Positions 37,336-41,839 of a stretch of DNA of 41,839 nt are shown here, one piece after another (positions within the stretch are counted from its first letter, which is position 1; each line of letters begins with the position of its first letter). The DNA is from Methanobacteriota archaeon. GTDB lineage: Archaea > Altiarchaeota > Altiarchaeia > IMC4 > QMZM01. A program made the translations under genes and the position numbers. The stretch is from assembly GCA_903930485.1 (NCBI GenBank), contig CAIYYO010000024.1:1-41839 (forward strand), read 5' to 3'. The notes beneath the pieces are model-generated. The model had not been told where the DNA came from and ran no database searches. It saw only the letters and a list, made by a program, of their open reading frames with translations.

Positions 37336-38061
37336 TTACGCCTCCTCCCCGTTTCTTTTCCTTAAATGCTCGAACCTCTTCTGCAGCCGGGGGATATGGA
37401 TGGCGTTGAATTTCTCCCTGAACTCCTCCACGCTGGAATCTACTCCTATGGAAAGGATGGCCGCGAGCAGGACTATCATAAAAAGGTCTATCATCACAAG
37501 CACCTCTATCATGAAAGGCAGCTCGGTCAGAAACAGGCTGAAGAGCAGGACCCCGTTCTCCATCGTCAGATAGCCGATCACCTTGGTGATTACTTTTTTC
37601 CTGCTGAACGTGATGAGCATCCCCATGAGAGTAAGGGATATCCCGAATACCGCGCCGAGATAGAAGAGGTCGCCGGGCGAGAGTTCCCGCAGGATCTTTG
37701 TGAACGAGCCGTAGACGAGTAGGATCAGGAATATCATCGCGGTTATGGATTCCATCGGCGAGAGATAGTGGAAATCTATGTCTCGGGATATTTTTATCTC
37801 TTTCTGTATCTTTTTTATGGCATAAGGTATCAGTATCACTTTGCTGGTCACTGTCAAGACGGCCAGGTATAAGAGCATCTCGCTTCCGTTGGAAAGATAA
37901 AGAGAAACAGCGATGACCGACAATAGCAGGGACTGGAGCTGGTATGCCGAGACCAGTGAAAGAAGGTCTTTCCTCGTCACGACGAACGCGCCGGTCACCA
38001 GGACCATGACCAGGAGCGCCTCTATCCAGTCGCCGCCAGCCGGCAAGCCTGACGCTATCAT
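37336..38061 (-). CDS. hyfE: HyfE-like membrane subunit (start moved to ATG 38061)
   Basis: YQLQSLLL, KVILIP, IGYLTMENG, LPF.IE...D; ATGA overlap with the upstream gene. Confidence 0.87.
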   Translation of the reverse strand: MIASGLPAGGDWIEALLVMVLVTGAFVVTRKDLLSLVSAYQLQSLLLSVIAVSLYLSNGSEMLLYLAVLTVTSKVILIPYAIKKIQKEIKISRDIDFHYLSPMESITAMIFLILLVYGSFTKILRELSPGDLFYLGAVFGISLTLMGMLITFSRKKVITKVIGYLTMENGVLLFSLFLTELPFMIEVLVMIDLFMIVLLAAILSIGVDSSVEEFREKFNAIHIPRLQKRFEHLRKRNGEEA

Positions 38062-38999
38062 CCGAACACCTCCAACCATATCGTGAGGATCGAGAAGAAG
38101 AACGCTATCATGAAAAGGCTGGGCAGGTTGAAGAACCTCATCTTTGCCATGGAAGATTCCACAAGGCCGGTCACGAAAGAAAGCAGGCCGGCCTTTAAGG
38201 CGAATGCTGCGGCAGCGATCAGTATTCCTGCGACGGTGAGCTCCGAGGTCAGCCCCCATGGAAGGAGTATGTTTATCAGGACCGCCATGTATAGCGTTTG
38301 TTTTATCGCGTGGGAAAGCTCCATCAGGGCAAGGTCTCTTCCGGAGTATTCGAGGACCATCGCCTCATGGACCATGGTGAGCTCCAAATGAGTCTCGGGA
38401 TTGTCCACCGGCACTCGAGAGGTCTCGACTATGAGGACGATGAACAAGGGGATCGCTATGAGAAGCAGTCCCGGGTTCAGGAATGCGGTCGCACCGGCTC
38501 TTTCAAGGAACATCTGATGGAAGTCGGTGGTATGCAGGCTGAAAGAAAGGGCGGCGAATGCTATGATCGTTATCGGCTCGATGATGGCCGATATGCTCAT
38601 CTCCCTCGAGCTTCCCATGCCTCCGAAGGTGCCTCCGGCATCCAGTCCGGACAAAGCCATGAAGAATTTTGCCAGCGCGAGCATGTAGAGGAACAGGATG
38701 ACGTTGCCTATCCCGTCGGTCGGCGTAGGTATCAAAGCCAGGGGTATGCACAGCGAAGCCACGAGCATCACTGCTATGTTGATGTAAGGCGTCGCCCTCA
38801 TGATGGCCGACGTGTTCTTTGAATAGATCCTCTCTTTTTTCAGGAGCTTGGACAGATTGTAATACGGCTGCAGGAGCGGCGGGCCTCTCCTACCCTGCGC
38901 CCGCGCCTTGACAATCTTTATGAGCCCCATGTAGAACGGCGATAACAGCACCACCAGTACGGTGTTCAGCAGGGCGTATAACAGGAACGAGGCGTTCAT
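38058..38999 (-). CDS. hyfC: HyfC/NuoH-like membrane subunit
   Basis: KARAQGRRGPPLLQPY..L.KLL.KE, LDAG..FGGMGSSRE, ETSRVPVDNPETHLELTMVHEAMVLEYSGRDLAL. Confidence 0.92.
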   Translation of the reverse strand: MNASFLLYALLNTVLVVLLSPFYMGLIKIVKARAQGRRGPPLLQPYYNLSKLLKKERIYSKNTSAIMRATPYINIAVMLVASLCIPLALIPTPTDGIGNVILFLYMLALAKFFMALSGLDAGGTFGGMGSSREMSISAIIEPITIIAFAALSFSLHTTDFHQMFLERAGATAFLNPGLLLIAIPLFIVLIVETSRVPVDNPETHLELTMVHEAMVLEYSGRDLALMELSHAIKQTLYMAVLINILLPWGLTSELTVAGILIAAAAFALKAGLLSFVTGLVESSMAKMRFFNLPSLFMIAFFFSILTIWLEVFG

Positions 39000-40933
39000 A
39001 TGAACCACCCCACGTAGACCATGATCAGGACCGCGGCGATGAATACGTATGCCAGGTATGTGTCCAGGTTCCAGTTCTGGAGCCGGGAAACCTTCTCGGA
39101 TAATGAATTAACGAGCCTCGCAATAGGGAGATAGAGCGCTTCCTCGAAGAATTTCACCAGATGTATCTCTGCGCTGCCCTGCACGAAAAGGCTCTTGCTC
39201 TCGTCAAAATACGTCGCCTCCCTGACCTCCTTTGTCCTGTATATCGAGCTGAATATCCTGACGATGGGCTGGGAGTATCCGGATGCGGTGTATTCGTTCC
39301 TCCCGGTCTGCGTTAATATGCCGCAGCCCCACGTTTCCCCCATTCTTTCCGCGCTCGATGAAACGTTTTTCAAGACAAACCATGCAAGAACGTAGGCCGC
39401 CGCGAGGAACGACCCGATAAGCAACAGGTCAGGTATGGGCAGAACGTATCCTGCGCCTGCGAATATCTGGTAGGAAAAGATGCCGAGGGACATGCATAAA
39501 AAGGCAAGTATCATGGGTCCGAGGAGCATGTATTTCCCAACCTCTTTCGCATTCTTTGCATTATCAGACCTCGGGGCCGCGAGGAAGGTTATGCCGAAGG
39601 CTTTCACGAAGCATGCGGACGCAAGGGCGCTCGTCAATGCGAGAATCGCAAGCGAGGAAAGCATGAGCACCTTCATGAAAGGATCGACCAAGGCATAGGA
39701 TTGCAGGAGCGCGGTGAATATCATGAGCTCGCTTACGAAGCCGTTGAACGGAGGGAGACCGGAGATTGATACGGCGCCTACGAGAAAGAACAATGCGGTG
39801 TACGGCATCCTCTTCACGAGCCCGCCCATGTCTTCGATGTTCCTCTCGCCGGTCCTGTAGACCACGGAGCCGGCAGTCAGGAAAAGAAGGCTCTTGAAGA
39901 CGGCATGGTTGAGGACGTGGAAAAGCGAACCCAACAGGCAGAGCATTGCGATATCAGGGAGGTTGTTATTCGTGAATATTATGTACGCTCCGAAACCGAT
40001 GAGGATTATCCCTATATTCTCTATGCTGTGATAGGCCAGCAGCCGTTTTATGTCGTGCTCCTTGAGGGCGTATATGACCCCCAGTATCGCTGAAAGAGTC
40101 CCGGCGACGAGGATGAGCACCCCCCACCAGGTTTCAGGCTGCAGGACCGTGAGCGTGAAGCGCATCAGGCCGTATATTGCGACTTTGATCATGACCCCGG
40201 ACATCAGGGCAGAAATATTCGACGGGCTTGCCGTATGCGCGTATGGAAGCCATTTATGGAACGGTATAACGCCGGCCTTTATGCCGAAGCCGACGAAAAG
40301 CGCCAGGAATACCACTCCTGCGGCGCCGGTACCGATATCTGCTGGCTGTATCGCAAAAGACCCAGTCACTGCATTGAGCCCCAAGAATCCGGCCGTCAGG
40401 AACAACGTCGACAGCTGCGTCATGATGAAATAGAACAGTCCGGCCTTGCGGGTCTCGGGCTTTTCGTATTCGAACAAGACCAGGGCGAACGACGACATAG
40501 ACATTATCTCCCAGAAGAACAGGAAGGCGAACATGTTCGCAGAGGACACGACGAACAACATGGCAGCTATGAAGAGATTCATCAAACCCGTAAGGATGTT
40601 CTTCCTCTTCTCCCCGTGCCAATGTCCTATGTACTGAACCGAGTATATCGAAGCGCTCAATGCGACGACTGAGATAAGCAGGATGAAAAAAGCAGCCAAG
40701 CGGTCTATACGAAAAGAGAGCACAAGACCTGGGGCGATCCCGTACGGCGCAAGGTATACCTGCTGGTTCGTATACAGGATAAATACGGAAAACGAGATGA
40801 ACACGAGCAGGGCGAGCATCGAGAAAAACAGGGCTATCCGTCTCATCACGCCGTCTCCGCCGATCCTCACGAGCGGGAGGACCGTTCCGAGGAGCAGTAA
40901 GGCTGCGCCTACGTAGAAAGCAGTCGAGAGCAT
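38996..40933 (-). CDS. hyfB: HyfB-like proton-conducting antiporter subunit (NuoL/MrpA family)
   Basis: FWEIMS, GIKAG..PFH.WLP.AH..SPS.ISALMSGVMIK, KRLLAYHSIENIG, HAVFKSLLFL, GLPPFNGFVSE, FVKAFG..FL..PR, TWGCG, EYTA. Confidence 0.92.
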   Translation of the reverse strand: MLSTAFYVGAALLLLGTVLPLVRIGGDGVMRRIALFFSMLALLVFISFSVFILYTNQQVYLAPYGIAPGLVLSFRIDRLAAFFILLISVVALSASIYSVQYIGHWHGEKRKNILTGLMNLFIAAMLFVVSSANMFAFLFFWEIMSMSSFALVLFEYEKPETRKAGLFYFIMTQLSTLFLTAGFLGLNAVTGSFAIQPADIGTGAAGVVFLALFVGFGIKAGVIPFHKWLPYAHTASPSNISALMSGVMIKVAIYGLMRFTLTVLQPETWWGVLILVAGTLSAILGVIYALKEHDIKRLLAYHSIENIGIILIGFGAYIIFTNNNLPDIAMLCLLGSLFHVLNHAVFKSLLFLTAGSVVYRTGERNIEDMGGLVKRMPYTALFFLVGAVSISGLPPFNGFVSELMIFTALLQSYALVDPFMKVLMLSSLAILALTSALASACFVKAFGITFLAAPRSDNAKNAKEVGKYMLLGPMILAFLCMSLGIFSYQIFAGAGYVLPIPDLLLIGSFLAAAYVLAWFVLKNVSSSAERMGETWGCGILTQTGRNEYTASGYSQPIVRIFSSIYRTKEVREATYFDESKSLFVQGSAEIHLVKFFEEALYLPIARLVNSLSEKVSRLQNWNLDTYLAYVFIAAVLIMVYVGWFI

Positions 40934-41039
40934 GTTTCCTTATTCACAGAATACCTGCGGAGTGTTTTCCATCCCTTTTTTATGGCTTTAGGTACCGTTT
41001 TCGAGAGTAATATACTTCACAGGAGAATAAAAATAGAGA
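40934..41039. promoter_or_regulatory. Divergent intergenic region between the Ehr-like operon and the anion permease
   Basis: 106-bp gap with AT-rich TTTTTATG and TAATATAC segments between divergent start codons. Confidence 0.4.
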
Positions 41040-41839
41040 ATGTATTTGCCGGTTTACGTTTTAGCGGCCGTCTTCTTCCTGATAGCCGTCAGAAGGGTCG
41101 GAGGCGTTAAGATCCAGATATGGCAGGCGATGCTCGTCGGGGCTCTTGCAGTCCTTCTATTCGGACAGATAAGTCCGGCAGGCGCTCTCAAGTCCGTAAA
41201 TCTGGACGTGATGCTGTTCCTCTTCGGGATGTTCGTCGTGGGTTCGGCGCTCGAGCTAAGCGGATACCTCACTCATCTGTCTTATCGGTTTTTTAGGCGG
41301 GCCCGGTCGGTTGACGGCCTTGTATTATCCATTCTGTTCGGCCTGGGCTTTGCGTCCGCGTTCCTCATGAACGACACCTGCGCGATCATCGGCACCCCAA
41401 TGGTGCTGGCTCTGGGCCGAAGTCACAAGATCTCATCCAAACTAATGCTCCTTACGCTGGCTTACGCGATAACCATAGGCAGCGTTGCGAGCCCGATCGG
41501 CAACCCTCAGAACCTGCTCATAGCGGTTAACGGAGGCGTGGCCACCCCTTTTACGACGTTCCTCAGGTACCTGATCCTGCCGACGCTGTTGAATCTATTC
41601 CTTGCGTACGCATTGCTGAAAATTTTTTACAAAAAAGAGTTTCACAAGATCGCTCTAAACCATTCGGACGAGCCGTTGAGGGATGAAGGCCTCGCACGAC
41701 TGTGCAAAGCGTCCCTCGTCTTGCTCGCTGGAATGATATTGGTAAAGGTCTTCATCTTGTTCTCCTATATCTTCCCCAGAGCCTTTAGAACCTTGTCCGG
41801 CGTAATCGGATTAAAAATCCATTTGCCGATGGCATTGTA
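41040..41839 (+). CDS. ArsB/NhaD/SLC13-type anion permease, partial (absent from ORF track because it has no stop; last ~90 nt probably foreign)
   Basis: My translation from ATG 41040: MYLPVYVLAAVFFLIAVRR...IWQAM...NLDVMLFLFGMFVVG.ALELSG...SAFLMNDT...IGSVASPIGNPQNLLIA. Confidence 0.85.
   Translation, partial: MYLPVYVLAAVFFLIAVRRVGGVKIQIWQAMLVGALAVLLFGQISPAGALKSVNLDVMLFLFGMFVVGSALELSGYLTHLSYRFFRRARSVDGLVLSILFGLGFASAFLMNDTCAIIGTPMVLALGRSHKISSKLMLLTLAYAITIGSVASPIGNPQNLLIAVNGGVATPFTTFLRYLILPTLLNLFLAYALLKIFYKKEFHKIALNHSDEPLRDEGLARLCKASLVLLAGMILVKVFILFSYIFPRAFRTLSGVIGLKIHLPMAL
41765..41839 (-). CDS. C-terminal fragment resembling a xanthine dehydrogenase-family molybdopterin-binding subunit
   Basis: Minus strand reads YNAIGKWIFNPITPDKVLKALGKI*, matching the NA...PITP.KVL.AL terminus of that family. 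It is followed by GGAG and ATG (41755) MKTFTN. Confidence 0.6.
   Translation of the reverse strand, partial: YNAIGKWIFNPITPDKVLKALGKI

Noticed and set aside
1..41839. tRNA, rRNA, CRISPR, transposase, integrase or intein
   Set aside because: None recognised by eye. Intergenic gaps are short and NrdD is of normal length. A covariance-model scan would be needed to exclude small RNAs.

Overview
Gene-dense archaeal window with bacterial-like accessory genes. Archaeal markers are tiaS, a Nre DNA-repair protein with a PCNA-binding (PIP) box, DUF61, DUF112 and an archaeal-type PheT fragment; class III RNR suggests an anaerobe. An uncultured lineage such as Altiarchaeota is only a guess. Layout: (1) 1-14.5 kb housekeeping: tandem double-AAA ATPase, N-terminal half of PheT, TrkH, Nre, beta-CASP nuclease, bactofilin-like protein, redoxin, NrdD, DUF112, DUF61, TiaS. 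(2) 14.5-21.1 kb duplicated phosphate operon pstSCA-pstSCA-pstB-phoU. (3) 21.3-33.8 kb co-oriented accessory block: flavodoxin, FMN reductase, a PQQ-propeller/cupredoxin fusion lipoprotein, two blue-copper lipoproteins, CutA, CoA-transferase-GNAT, ADP-forming acetate-CoA ligase, DRTGG protein, molybdopterin oxidoreductase, SOD, YihY. (4) 33.8-40.9 kb six-gene Ehr/Hyf-like complex I relative. (5) a divergent ArsB/NhaD-type anion permease ending in a probably chimeric contig end. Most striking: the small (NuoB-like) subunit of the Ehr-like complex has all four canonical [4Fe-4S] cysteines replaced while the ion-translocating membrane subunits look intact, suggesting a cofactor-less complex I derivative. 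Other candidates are the surface PQQ-copper electron-transfer module, the split PheT, the atypical AAA ATPase and a cryptic winged-helix gene remnant. No rRNA, tRNA, CRISPR or transposase was recognised. All family calls come from motif recognition by eye; no database searches were run.
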